A stretch of DNA of 64,000 bases, from NCBI GenBank assembly GCA_977020255.1, contig CDROCS010002834.1, forward strand, positions 496,001 through 560,000. Direction: 5' to 3'. Positions 21,264 to 30,621 of this stretch are shown in pieces (the stretch's first letter is position 1; every line of letters begins with the position of its first letter). The position numbers and the translations under genes were made by a program. The notes under the pieces were generated by a model that was not told the DNA's origin, ran no database searches, and saw nothing but the letters and a program-made list of their open reading frames with translations. Origin of the DNA: Obrimoposthia wandeli. Taxonomy: Eukaryota.

Positions 21264-22586
21264 TTATTCCTCGTCACTAAATAGTGCTTCAATAAACTCT
21301 TCTGCCACAAAAGGACGCAAGTCATCAATACCCTCACCAATGCCGATATAGCGAATAGGGATACTGAATTGATCTGCGATCGCAAAGATCACACCACCTT
21401 TTGCCGTTCCATCAAGCTTAGAGATCGTAATACCTGATACTGGTGCTACTTCACTAAACAATTTAGCCTGACTGATCGCATTTTGACCAGTACCCGCATC
21501 AACGGTAAGCATAATTTCATGCGGCGCAGCTGGGTCAACCTTCTTCATTACGCGTACAATTTTGCGTAATTCTTCCATAAGGTGACCTTTGTTCTGCAAT
21601 CGACCCGCAGTATCAGCAATAACCACATCAACGTTACGTGCTTTCGCTGATTCTATCGCATCAAAAATTACAGACGCGCTATCGGCACCAGTATGCTGAG
21701 CCACAACAGGTACGCCATTACGCTCACCCCAGACTTGAAGCTGTTCAACAGCGGCTGCACGGAATGTATCACCCGCCGCCAACATGACAGATTTACCTTC
21801 ACTCTGAAATTGCTTCGCTAGCTTACCTATCGTTGTGGTTTTACCTACACCATTAACACCCACCATTAAAATAACAAATGGCTTTTGAGCAGTATCAACA
21901 ATCAGCGGCTGCTCAACGGTTGACAGCATGTCGGCTAATTCTTCTTTGAGTAAACCATAGAGTGCTTCACCGTCTTTAAGTTCCTTACGGTTGGCTTTGT
22001 CTGTCAGGTTCTCGATGATTTTTAAGGTAGTATCCATACCTACATCGGCAATAAGAAGTTGCTCTTCTAGCTCTTCAAATAATTCATCATCGATCTTTTT
22101 ACCGCTGAAGAGACCAAAGAAACCTGAACCAAAGTTAGTTTTGGTTTTCTTTAGACCGCGCATTAAGCGCGCAAAGAAGCCGTCAGATTGTGGCTTTTCT
22201 TGCTCGTGAATGATCACTTCAGCCGCTTTTGCTGCTTGTGCTTCAGCTTCTGCCTTAGCAGCCGCCTCTGCTTCTTCCGCTTTTATCACCGCTAAAGCTT
22301 CTGCTTCTTCTGCCGCTTTCGCTACAGCCAGTGCTTCTGCCTCTTCCGCGGCCTTGGCAATTGCGAGTGCCTCAGCTTCTTCATCGGCTTTCGCTTGTGC
22401 AAGCGCATCAGCTTCTTGCTGAGCTAAAGCCTCATTATTCTCCTTATTGTCTGTTGATTGCAGTGAATCAACATCCACCTCATTTGTTTGATTTTCTATC
22501 GTTTGTTCGGTTTGCTCGGTCTTCTCTTCAGATCCAAAACCCAGCCACGAAAATAATCCGCGTTTCTTTTTCTCTGCCATTGGCAA
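21264..22586 (-). CDS. ftsY: Signal recognition particle receptor FtsY
   Basis: GVNGVGKTTT, DTAGR, KLDGTAKGG; acidic low-complexity A domain. Confidence 0.98.
   Translation of the reverse strand: MPMAEKKKRGLFSWLGFGSEEKTEQTEQTIENQTNEVDVDSLQSTDNKENNEALAQQEADALAQAKADEEAEALAIAKAAEEAEALAVAKAAEEAEALAVIKAEEAEAAAKAEAEAQAAKAAEVIIHEQEKPQSDGFFARLMRGLKKTKTNFGSGFFGLFSGKKIDDELFEELEEQLLIADVGMDTTLKIIENLTDKANRKELKDGEALYGLLKEELADMLSTVEQPLIVDTAQKPFVILMVGVNGVGKTTTIGKLAKQFQSEGKSVMLAAGDTFRAAAVEQLQVWGERNGVPVVAQHTGADSASVIFDAIESAKARNVDVVIADTAGRLQNKGHLMEELRKIVRVMKKVDPAAPHEIMLTVDAGTGQNAISQAKLFSEVAPVSGITISKLDGTAKGGVIFAIADQFSIPIRYIGIGEGIDDLRPFVAEEFIEALFSDEE
22218..22418 (-). repeat. About four 12-aa (36-bp) Ala/Glu/Lys repeats in the FtsY A domain
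   Basis: QEADALAQAKAD / EEAEALAIAKAA / EEAEALAVAKAA / EEAEALAVIKA. Confidence 0.85.
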
Positions 22587-22664
22587 ATCCTAACCCTTGA
22601 TTGGTACAATTTGCAGTCTAAAAACAGGTGTATACTATCATTTTCTAAACGGTCAAAAAAATCT

Positions 22665-23270
22665 ATGACGAGACACAAGCAGCAAACAGGCCAAAATATG
22701 CCAAATAATCGCCGAGATGGGTTCGTTAGAATCATCAGTGGGCAGTGGCGCGGACGTAAATTGCCGGTCCACGACGTTGAAGGTTTAAGACCCACCACTG
22801 ATCGCGTAAAGGAAACTGTTTTCAACTGGTTAGCTCAAGACATTTATCAAGCTAAATGCCTTGATCTGTTTACTGGTAGTGGTGGTTTAAGTTTTGAAGC
22901 TTTGTCTCGTGGTGCCGAAAGCATCACTATGCTTGAATTAGACAAAAAAGCCGCAAATCAACTACAACAGAATTTAACGACTATTGGTGCCACCAATGCC
23001 AACGTTCTAAACACTGATAGTCTAAAATATTTAGCACAAACAGGCACGCCCCATGATGTAGTGTTTATCGATCCACCCTTTCGTAAAGATTTGATACAAA
23101 ATGTTATCGAACTATTGGAAGCCAACAACTGGCTCACTCCCCATGCAATGATTTATATTGAAGCGGAGAAAGAACTGGGTGAGATCGTAACGCCTTCACA
23201 CTGGCGTTTACATCGCGAAAAGATAGCAGGCCAAGTTTGTTATCGTCTATTTGAAAGAGAGAAAGTATGA
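22665..23270 (+). CDS. rsmD: 16S rRNA m2G966 methyltransferase
   Basis: RIISGQWRGRKL, LRPTTDRVKET, DLFTGSGGL, DPPF; start uncertain (22665 or 22698). Confidence 0.96.
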   Translation: MTRHKQQTGQNMPNNRRDGFVRIISGQWRGRKLPVHDVEGLRPTTDRVKETVFNWLAQDIYQAKCLDLFTGSGGLSFEALSRGAESITMLELDKKAANQLQQNLTTIGATNANVLNTDSLKYLAQTGTPHDVVFIDPPFRKDLIQNVIELLEANNWLTPHAMIYIEAEKELGEIVTPSHWRLHREKIAGQVCYRLFEREKV

Positions 23271-23533
23271 AAGCACTCATTGCATTAGCTAAAGCCGCTA
23301 TCGGTTTTGTTTGGCTAATACTGATTATCAATATTTTCTCCCCGTTTCCGGGTGTTGCCGCGATGGCACTGTACATCATGACAGGGTTCCTCTTCATGAT
23401 GCATGGTTTGCAAATGCTCATTTTTATCGGCGCATTTGGCGATAAAATTAATATGTCAAAATGGGAAATATGGTCGATTTTAATTTTTGGGATTTTTGCA
23501 CTGCTCGATATCCGTCGTAAACATATGATGTAA
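23267..23533 (+). CDS. yhhL: DUF1145 family membrane protein
   Basis: 88-aa hydrophobic protein overlapping rsmD stop, HGLQ and FG motifs; E. coli-like synteny. Confidence 0.85.
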   Translation: MKALIALAKAAIGFVWLILIINIFSPFPGVAAMALYIMTGFLFMMHGLQMLIFIGAFGDKINMSKWEIWSILIFGIFALLDIRRKHMM

Positions 23534-23638
23534 AAAAATGGGCAAGCATCGAATACCGGTACTTGCCCATTTCATACTAACCGGATTTTACAGATTCCAA
23601 CTCAATACGAACCCGCGATGACTACAAACCCACCATCA

Positions 23639-24232
23639 CTACAAGCCAACAGATAAATAGGCGCGTATACCATCTAAGAACATCTGCACTGAAATCATCA
23701 CCAACAATAACCCCATAAGCCTTTCAACAGCTTTTAAGCCTTTCTCGCCCAATAAACGATTAAAGACCTCGTGGAACATCAAGATGACAAACGATCCCCC
23801 CCAAGCCAATAAGACGGCTAGCACCCAATCCCATATTCGAGTGGGATCTTGATTCGACAACAACAATAAAGAAGCCAAAACAGAAGGCCCTGCAATCATC
23901 GGGATCGCCATTGGCACTAAAAATGGTTCTTCACCTGCCGCTAACCCTGTTACTCCACCGGGTTGTGGAAAGATCATTTTTATCGCAATCAAAAACAGTA
24001 TGATGCCACCAGAGATACTGACGGTTTCTGTCGAGACATGTAAAAATGCCAACATCTGTTTACCGCCAAATAAAAACAGCAACAGAATGATCAGTGCAAA
24101 GCACAATTCACGTACCATAATAATACGGCGACGTTTCGGCTCGATATGTCGTAGGATCGACAACATTACCGGCAAATTACCCAGCGGATCCATGATTAAA
24201 AATAACATGACCGCTGCAGACATTATTTCCAC
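23639..24232 (-). CDS. yhgN: MarC/NAAT family membrane protein
   Basis: IMDPLGN, VPMAIPMIAGP, ERLMGLLL. Confidence 0.9.
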   Translation of the reverse strand: MEIMSAAVMLFLIMDPLGNLPVMLSILRHIEPKRRRIIMVRELCFALIILLLFLFGGKQMLAFLHVSTETVSISGGIILFLIAIKMIFPQPGGVTGLAAGEEPFLVPMAIPMIAGPSVLASLLLLSNQDPTRIWDWVLAVLLAWGGSFVILMFHEVFNRLLGEKGLKAVERLMGLLLVMISVQMFLDGIRAYLSVGL

Positions 24233-24397
24233 AGGGTGAACCTCAATCAGAGATAAATCGTAAGATTATTTCGAAGTAGATACATAATCAGCTGAACAGC
24301 TGAATAAGAAAGGCGGAGTATAACAAACGAACAAAAAGGTGACGATAAAAACCATCACCTTATTTACAATATAATCGTTATATTTTTCGAGCCAGCA

Positions 24398-24640
24398 TTA
24401 ATGGCTACACATGCGTTCACGGTTCGCTGTAATCATGTCACCCTGAAGTACCACTTTCTGACGATCTAGCAAGAATGACAACAACGCATCAAATGTTAAG
24501 TCTTGTTGGCTACAAGTATAAAAGCGTACACCTTCACCATACTCAGCTTCAACAGCATGCTTAAGTGAAGCAAGGGTGTATTCTGCATCTTCTGCAAGCA
24601 ACAAATTAAGTACCGTATGGGCGTGAATAGATTGGTTCAT
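24398..24640 (-). CDS. yecH: YecH (DUF2492) putative metal-binding protein
   Basis: SIHAHTVL...G..VRFYTCS...L...K...CSH; start moved to MNQSIH (24640). Confidence 0.85.
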   Translation of the reverse strand: MNQSIHAHTVLNLLLAEDAEYTLASLKHAVEAEYGEGVRFYTCSQQDLTFDALLSFLLDRQKVVLQGDMITANRERMCSH

Positions 24641-24762
24641 GGTTACACTCTTTACGTTATGGGTATTGAGCCTATTAAACCATGCTGATTTTTTTTTGAT
24701 TTGATGCAAAACAAATAAGTGCATTTAAAGTGCATGTTATGATTTGGCTTCTATCTATACGA

Positions 24763-25074
24763 TTACGGCTTTTCACACCCACACTGCCAACATATTTCAA
24801 ACTGACCTTCATTTGTCTCATTACACTGCGGACAGATCCAATCACGGTATTCAGCCTGTTCATAATCTTGCAGCAGACGACCCGCCTTACCAATGTACTC
24901 TGATTCAACCCATAAGCCGACTTCAACGGCATCCGCAGGTAATTCCCCCACCGCTGAACCTAAACTCTCGCCAGTAAGCCTAACTGCGATACACGCACTC
25001 TCCAGCATCCCTTTTAAACTGTGTGCTTCTAGGTTATTAGCCGCACTGTACACTTGAATCCATTGCTTCGACAT
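24763..25074 (-). CDS. DUF2007-like protein with C-terminal zinc ribbon
   Basis: N-terminal EAHSLKGMLE...GELP, C-terminal WICPQCNETNEGQFEICWQC. Confidence 0.8.
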   Translation of the reverse strand: MSKQWIQVYSAANNLEAHSLKGMLESACIAVRLTGESLGSAVGELPADAVEVGLWVESEYIGKAGRLLQDYEQAEYRDWICPQCNETNEGQFEICWQCGCEKP

Positions 25075-25185
25075 TGATAGATCCTTTTAGTTACCTCAAT
25101 AGACCGAGCATTGAGCATTCTTCTTTCTTTTATTTTAGATATAAAAAAACCGCTGATAACAGCGGTTTAATAAAAGTGAGACAAC

Positions 25186-25809
25186 TTATAGCAATAATGA
25201 AGCAACAAACAATGATTGTGCTAAAAAGTATGTACTCATAATCGCACTGACAGAATGCTTGAAAGAGCCACGGAAGTGCTCTATTGCCAATAAAATATCA
25301 GACACCACAAAAATCAGCGCACCAACAAGTGCCAATAGCCCAACGGTCGATTGAGCCGTTAACCAAAACTCACCCGCCGCCCACGCCATTTGAGTGATCA
25401 TCGCGATATAAACCGCAACAGGTAGGATTAAACGGCCTAAAGACGGCAGCAATAACAGAAAGACAATAACCCCCCCGGCAAATAACATCGCAGGTAACCA
25501 CCACACGATGCTGCCAGAAAGCTGACTCCAGAAAGCCATCGAATAAACAATATGGGCTAATAAGAAGCTAATGAGCCCCTGAACAAAACGCTTCTGGGGC
25601 TGCATTAGTAACACATCCCCAATGATAGAGAGTAACAAACCACCAAAAATGGCTTGTTGATAGAAACTGCCTAGCCCTGTTTGCCAAGCAACAGTCAGTA
25701 ACAACACCATGGTAAATGGCTTGAATAAGTAAAACTGCCATTTTGGCCCATGATAAGCCGCATTAATATGTAATAAACCCGATAGAGAGATGGCTAACCA
25801 AACCCACAT
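25186..25809 (-). CDS. yhhN: YhhN family lysoplasmalogenase
   Basis: FKPFTM, GDVLL, FLLAH, SDILLA, TYFLAQ; start at MWVWLA. Confidence 0.92.
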   Translation of the reverse strand: MWVWLAISLSGLLHINAAYHGPKWQFYLFKPFTMVLLLTVAWQTGLGSFYQQAIFGGLLLSIIGDVLLMQPQKRFVQGLISFLLAHIVYSMAFWSQLSGSIVWWLPAMLFAGGVIVFLLLLPSLGRLILPVAVYIAMITQMAWAAGEFWLTAQSTVGLLALVGALIFVVSDILLAIEHFRGSFKHSVSAIMSTYFLAQSLFVASLLL

Positions 25810-26099
25810 AGCATCACCGATATAGTTATAAGCCAAGACAGTGTAGAAACCCAACCGCAATTGTCTAGCCTAATACCTTCATAACTAGACCTCGCTAGAA
25901 AAACCATTATGAATTTTAGCTATATCTACCTTTGCCGGCATATTTAATCCCTGACATTACACAGACCCTAAATACTCATCGAATGCGTAGACTACACCAT
26001 TAAACAGGCGTAATTATTGGATAACTCATCAAAATAAGCCTTGGTGTTCCACTCGCCTGACATTCTTCATTATTTGGTATAACTTCCGATGAGGAAACA

Positions 26100-26129
26100 G
26101 CCTTAAATCGCCTTAAACCGCCTTACATA
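26100..26129. repeat. 10-bp tandem repeat x3 (GCCTTAAATC/GCCTTAAACC/GCCTTACATA)
   Basis: Read directly; contains TTAAA-N5-TTAAA at 26103-26117. Confidence 0.75.
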
Positions 26130-26593
26130 AATGATAATAATATAAATAATAAACATTTAAAATCAAAAACTTAAAAACAACAATGTCCACATACATGCTA
26201 GTGATTTATCCAGACCCACCAAACATGACTCATCGTTTTATACCATACCGTTAAATTCAATAATTTGAAATAAAACAGTGGTTTATTGCATGTTTTATAT
26301 AATACAAATCTAATTACCCCACCTTTACAAAACATCAACTCTTCTAAAAGATACCTAGCCCCCCCCAGCGCAATAATGATCCAATAAATAAATAGTTAAT
26401 TTAATCATGACGATAAGCCATATTAATCATGCATATATTAATGATAATAATCAATTAGTTACAGTTAAAATTACCAACCAAAAAACAAATAGCTCAAATT
26501 AAGAACACACTGAAAAATACAGTTTATACCAGCTAAAATAGGCAATTAACCCCCACTTAAAACCCCCTTTTAATACAAAAAGTCAACTTGAAC

Positions 26594-26623
26594 TTGCCTA
26601 AGCACCAAAAAACATGCTATTCT
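26594..26623 (+). promoter_or_regulatory. Sigma70 promoter for the 26-aa ORF
   Basis: TTGCCT (26594) - 18 nt - TATTCT (26618) with extended -10 TG at 26615. Confidence 0.55.
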
Positions 26624-26665
26624 CTTTATCAAGATGAATACAGCAGCTAACCAAGGAGACCTACT

Positions 26666-26746
26666 ATGTTCACTTCTTCTCAAAAACAAGGACTTGTGAT
26701 GATCGCAATAGTAATGGGCCTAATGACACTGCCTGTAATTTATTAA
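26666..26746 (+). CDS. Unannotated 26-aa single-helix membrane peptide MFTSSQKQGLVMIAIVMGLMTLPVIY
   Basis: Below ORF-track cutoff; AAGGAG RBS upstream, ATG start, 17-residue hydrophobic stretch, own promoter and terminator. Confidence 0.75.
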   Translation: MFTSSQKQGLVMIAIVMGLMTLPVIY

Positions 26747-26763
26747 GATCTAAAAAATTCCAT

Positions 26764-26791
26764 AAAAATGGCGCCCTTAGGCGCCATTTTT
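26764..26791. terminator. Perfect 12-bp bidirectional terminator after the small ORF
   Basis: AAAAATGGCGCC-CTTA-GGCGCCATTTTT. Confidence 0.9.
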
Positions 26792-27078
26792 GTTTCTACT
26801 GCTCATCCATGTCACATTCCAATTGTTCACTCTTCTAGCTGATGCTATTTAAGCCACAACGAGCGAAGGGTGATTCTCAATACCGATACTTGTGTATTTT
26901 TGATGCAGTGCAACGATATCTCCGAATCAACGCCTTGATTGCAAACCTATACTTTTTCACTGAACCACGCACCTTGACGCCATACCCTTCTGGATAAGTC
27001 AGATAGCGAAGTGTTACGTAAGAAAAAGGCCCTGTTTAATAACAGAGCCTTAAGAATGAGTTGTTATATAGGTGCACC

Positions 27079-27444
27079 CTAGAGTGCTAGCTTAATATGA
27101 TGCCAATGGACCGAATAAAACCATATCGCTAATGCCGTAAAACCGAGCACGAGAAATACTGCTACCCCCCATATAAACCGTCCACTTCGTGGGGTAAGTT
27201 CTTTTTCACATAACTTACATGCTGCTAAAAAACCTTTTTTATCATCAAGTTGATAACCGTCTTCGTGAACCGTTTTATTACGAACCGATGCGATAAAGCG
27301 TAACTTGGGCACAATTTCATGCGGTAAACGTTCTTCACTACTACTAATTAACTGATGCAATCCTTTTCCTTCAGCGTGATAATGCTGACGTAATAAATGT
27401 TCGATTCGTCGGGTTCGCGTTACCACCATTTCAATATTAGCCAT
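27079..27444 (-). CDS. DUF4145/HEPN-like small protein with C-terminal transmembrane helix
   Basis: GKGLHQLI...LRFIASVRNKTVHE (R-x4-H motif) followed by FIWGVAVFLVLGFTALAIWF. Confidence 0.7.
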   Translation of the reverse strand: MANIEMVVTRTRRIEHLLRQHYHAEGKGLHQLISSSEERLPHEIVPKLRFIASVRNKTVHEDGYQLDDKKGFLAACKLCEKELTPRSGRFIWGVAVFLVLGFTALAIWFYSVHWHHIKLAL

Positions 27445-27800
27445 AAGCAGCCTCTCTTCCTGTTCTCTCTACCTTACAGCGACTTAAATTCCATTCAAAG
27501 CGTCGTGACACTGATTTACATTAGATCTTAGCTTAGCCTTCAAAAAATCAATTTAACTCGATGAAAAATCATCTCGATTATTCAATATTTTCCGTTAATG
27601 GTCAGCTTGATAAAAGCTCACCGTGAAACTGGACGCATTAAATATACGTCTGGATCCAATTTTTGGATTTTCATACATCAAAATGTGCTTTCAGATCACT
27701 ATTTCCTCGTCTTCTGATATTTACTGTTGTTCTACTCAACAATAATGATGGCTCTATCACCTGTATCCACCCATTAATTTGACTATCAAGGAGGTGAGTT

Positions 27801-28133
27801 ATGCCGATATGGATCGTTTTCGTCATTATCACGCTACTAATTTTTTCAGTTCTTTATTATGTTCGCTTTTATCGTCGGCATGTCATCGGTGAAAATGCCG
27901 TTGAACAAACCCTTAAGGTGACGATTCTCGAGAAACAAAGCTCTCCAATCATTGGTGCAAGAGTCGGAGAAGATAATGAAGAATATTGGATTTATGTTCA
28001 ACCAACCGCTGGCGGACCAAAACGAGAATTCATGGTAGGCATTCATTACTACCATGCACTCAACTCTGGCGATCAAGGCACGATGACGTATAAAGGCAGA
28101 GACTTTTTACATTTCGCCTTACAACGAGATTAA
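27801..28133 (+). CDS. DUF2500 (YhhM-like) membrane-anchored protein
   Basis: N-terminal TM helix, YHALNSGDQGTMTYKG; strong AAGGAGG RBS. Confidence 0.85.
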   Translation: MPIWIVFVIITLLIFSVLYYVRFYRRHVIGENAVEQTLKVTILEKQSSPIIGARVGEDNEEYWIYVQPTAGGPKREFMVGIHYYHALNSGDQGTMTYKGRDFLHFALQRD

Positions 28134-28155
28134 CCCGTCATCTATAGACTAATAC

Positions 28156-28199
28156 AATGATGATAACGCAGTACAAATCACCCTCGCGTTATCATCATT
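28156..28199. terminator. Perfect 14-bp inverted repeat between convergent genes
   Basis: AATGATGATAACGC-N16-GCGTTATCATCATT. Confidence 0.6.
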
Positions 28200-28215
28200 A
28201 CGTTTTTCTTTATGA

Positions 28216-29220
28216 CTAAGGGACCAGCCATGCTGTTTTAGGGCTTTTTGCCAACAACCAACTGGATGCGAGGGCCAAGCCACCACAAATGATCGTCCAA
28301 AATGGAATCATGATTATTGGATGGGCGAAATACAGATCAAACGCCCGAACAGGCCATAAAAAGATGGGGTGCAGTAAATATACCCCTAGGCTGTATTTAC
28401 TGATAAACGCAAATTTCGACTGCCAGAAATCCCCCAGCACCTCACCGTAACGCTGACATACAGCAAAAATCATTGCGGCAATAATCACGGTATTCAGCGT
28501 TTTATACGACATCCACCGACCCACCGTATATTCACCCAATGCCAAGCTCTTACTCACGACCATGTAATCGGTGAGTAATAATGCCGCGATACCCAAGGGA
28601 AATAATAGTGTCAGTGGTGGCCAGCGATACTGAAACAAACAATAGCCTATCAATAGATAACCACTGTAGAGCACCAACTCCTGACTCCATAGGCCATCAA
28701 TTTTCAATAAAAATAACGTGGTCAGTGTTAGCCAAAGGCACGTCATGCCAATCACGGTACTTTGTTCATACTTACGAACAAATATTTGAAAGAGGGGAAT
28801 AATGAAATAGAGCGGAATAAAATAGTAGAAAAAGCCGAGGTGATAATAGGTTTCGTGAACAGGTAAAGCTGTCAGTGTATCAAGTGCCACTGTGCTATCA
28901 AATCCGGCGAGGGTGAAACCCGATAACCCCGCATAGAATATTGACCATACGATAAAAGGTAAGAGCACTTTACCTAGACGCCGCCTGACATAATATTTAG
29001 CATCGAATTCACGCTTATCACTCAGCATTAATGCACCAGTGATCATAATGAAAATAGGCACAGCCCAACGGCTAAAACTGTTAAACGTTATTGCTGTAAT
29101 CCATTCGCTGTTAGGAATAATACCCAACTGATCGCGATACGGCCCCAGCACATGGATCACCACAACAGCTACCGCGGCCAAACACCGTAATATATCGAAA
29201 TACCAAATTTTTTGCCTCAC
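28216..29220 (-). CDS. Acyltransferase 3 family (WecH/YiaH-like O-acyltransferase)
   Basis: FDILRCLAAVAVVVIH, RWAVPIFIMITG, YHLGFFY, SLGVYLLH. Confidence 0.9.
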   Translation of the reverse strand: MRQKIWYFDILRCLAAVAVVVIHVLGPYRDQLGIIPNSEWITAITFNSFSRWAVPIFIMITGALMLSDKREFDAKYYVRRRLGKVLLPFIVWSIFYAGLSGFTLAGFDSTVALDTLTALPVHETYYHLGFFYYFIPLYFIIPLFQIFVRKYEQSTVIGMTCLWLTLTTLFLLKIDGLWSQELVLYSGYLLIGYCLFQYRWPPLTLLFPLGIAALLLTDYMVVSKSLALGEYTVGRWMSYKTLNTVIIAAMIFAVCQRYGEVLGDFWQSKFAFISKYSLGVYLLHPIFLWPVRAFDLYFAHPIIMIPFWTIICGGLALASSWLLAKSPKTAWLVP

Positions 29221-29373
29221 CCAACCTGCTCCTGTATTCAGTCATAAAGTGAAACACGCATAATCAAAGCTACGTGTTTCTACTTTCTTGTTTGAATATA
29301 GCAGCCAGTAAGAGTAAGTACCTGAACTTACTCTTACAATTTGGTACAACTAACGCAAAGTTAACATAGCTAA

Positions 29374-30096
29374 TTATGGTTGTTGACGGGTTGCTGCCAG
29401 AACAATCTCACGGATACACAAGTTTTGTGGCTGTTGGTATGCATAGCTGATTGCATTCGCAATATCTGAAGGCGCAATTACCCCTCCCATGCCTGCTTTC
29501 CACTCTTCATAGCCATCTTTAATGTCGTTACTTGTAGTATGGCTAAGAAGCTCAGTTTCTACGGCACCAGGTGCAATCGTGATGAAACGTACATTATCAT
29601 CAGCCACTTCTTCACGGATATTTTCAGTGATCGCATGAACCGCAAATTTAGTACCACAATATGCGGCATGGCTTGGGAAAGTTTTACGGCCAGCAACAGA
29701 ACTAATGTTAATCACAGTACCGTGTTGACGGGTTTTCATATCTGCTAGTACGACATGGATACCGTTTAGTAGACCCATTACGTTCACATCGAACATGGTT
29801 TTCCATTCAGCTGGATCTTGGTCATGTGCTAGGCCCAGTAACATCATGCCTGCATTGTTAACTAAGCAATCAACAGGGCCAAACTGTGCTTCAGCTTCTT
29901 TTACCGCAGCAGCAAATGCTTCAGCATCGGTCACATCAACTTTACGGCACATTGCATTGGGTAAATTCAGCGCCTCAAGACGTTCAACTCGGCGTGCTAA
30001 CAGTAATAAAGGATGACCTTCTGCTGATAATTTACGAGCGGTTGCTTCACCAATACCAGAACTTGCACCAGTAATAACAATTAGAGACTTAGACAT
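29374..30096 (-). CDS. SDR family oxidoreductase
   Basis: TGASSGIG, NNAG, YCGTK catalytic motif, IAPGAVET. Confidence 0.95.
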   Translation of the reverse strand: MSKSLIVITGASSGIGEATARKLSAEGHPLLLLARRVERLEALNLPNAMCRKVDVTDAEAFAAAVKEAEAQFGPVDCLVNNAGMMLLGLAHDQDPAEWKTMFDVNVMGLLNGIHVVLADMKTRQHGTVINISSVAGRKTFPSHAAYCGTKFAVHAITENIREEVADDNVRFITIAPGAVETELLSHTTSNDIKDGYEEWKAGMGGVIAPSDIANAISYAYQQPQNLCIREIVLAATRQQP

Positions 30097-30621
30097 AGAT
30101 AAACCCTTTCATAAATATAAGAAGATATTTCATCGCTATCACTGCTCGGTGATGTTGATGGCAGTAAATATAGATGCTTTATCTCTAACTGAAAAATATC
30201 CATTTCCTCTGGTTATCATAAAAAAAAACTATGGATAAAGTATTAAATACACATTTCCCATTGATATTTATGATGAAAATGTACTTTGAAACATCGTTTT
30301 AATGCTTAACCTCTCATTTTGTTACATCAAGCCCCCTGCAAACCATATTCCATACTGTATTTTATCCCACCCTATATAAGACAAAGAGTTAACCGACACG
30401 ACAAGATCAATCAAATTCATATGTATTTCGAATAACTCACTACGAAATGATATAAATCACGCAACATTAAACTATGAAATTAACGTTAGGCAGACAAAAA
30501 GCAAACAAACGAAACATTTAGAAACAAATATACCTTTGTTTATAGCATTAACAATGACGTAACCTTTCGCTCCAGAAAAGAAGTGCCCATTGATGGGATT
30601 AAAATGATAACGGAGGGAGTA

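Noticed and set aside
22210-22825. Ala-rich and other ORFs overlapping ftsY/rsmD
   Set aside because: Antisense or alternative-frame artefacts of the FtsY repeat region
26432-26458. Fur box in the AT-rich block
   Set aside because: Only 12-13/19 in very AT-rich DNA, which is background level
26508-26533. SOS box upstream of the 26-aa peptide (tisB-like control)
   Set aside because: CTG…CAG spacing is 7 nt, not 10
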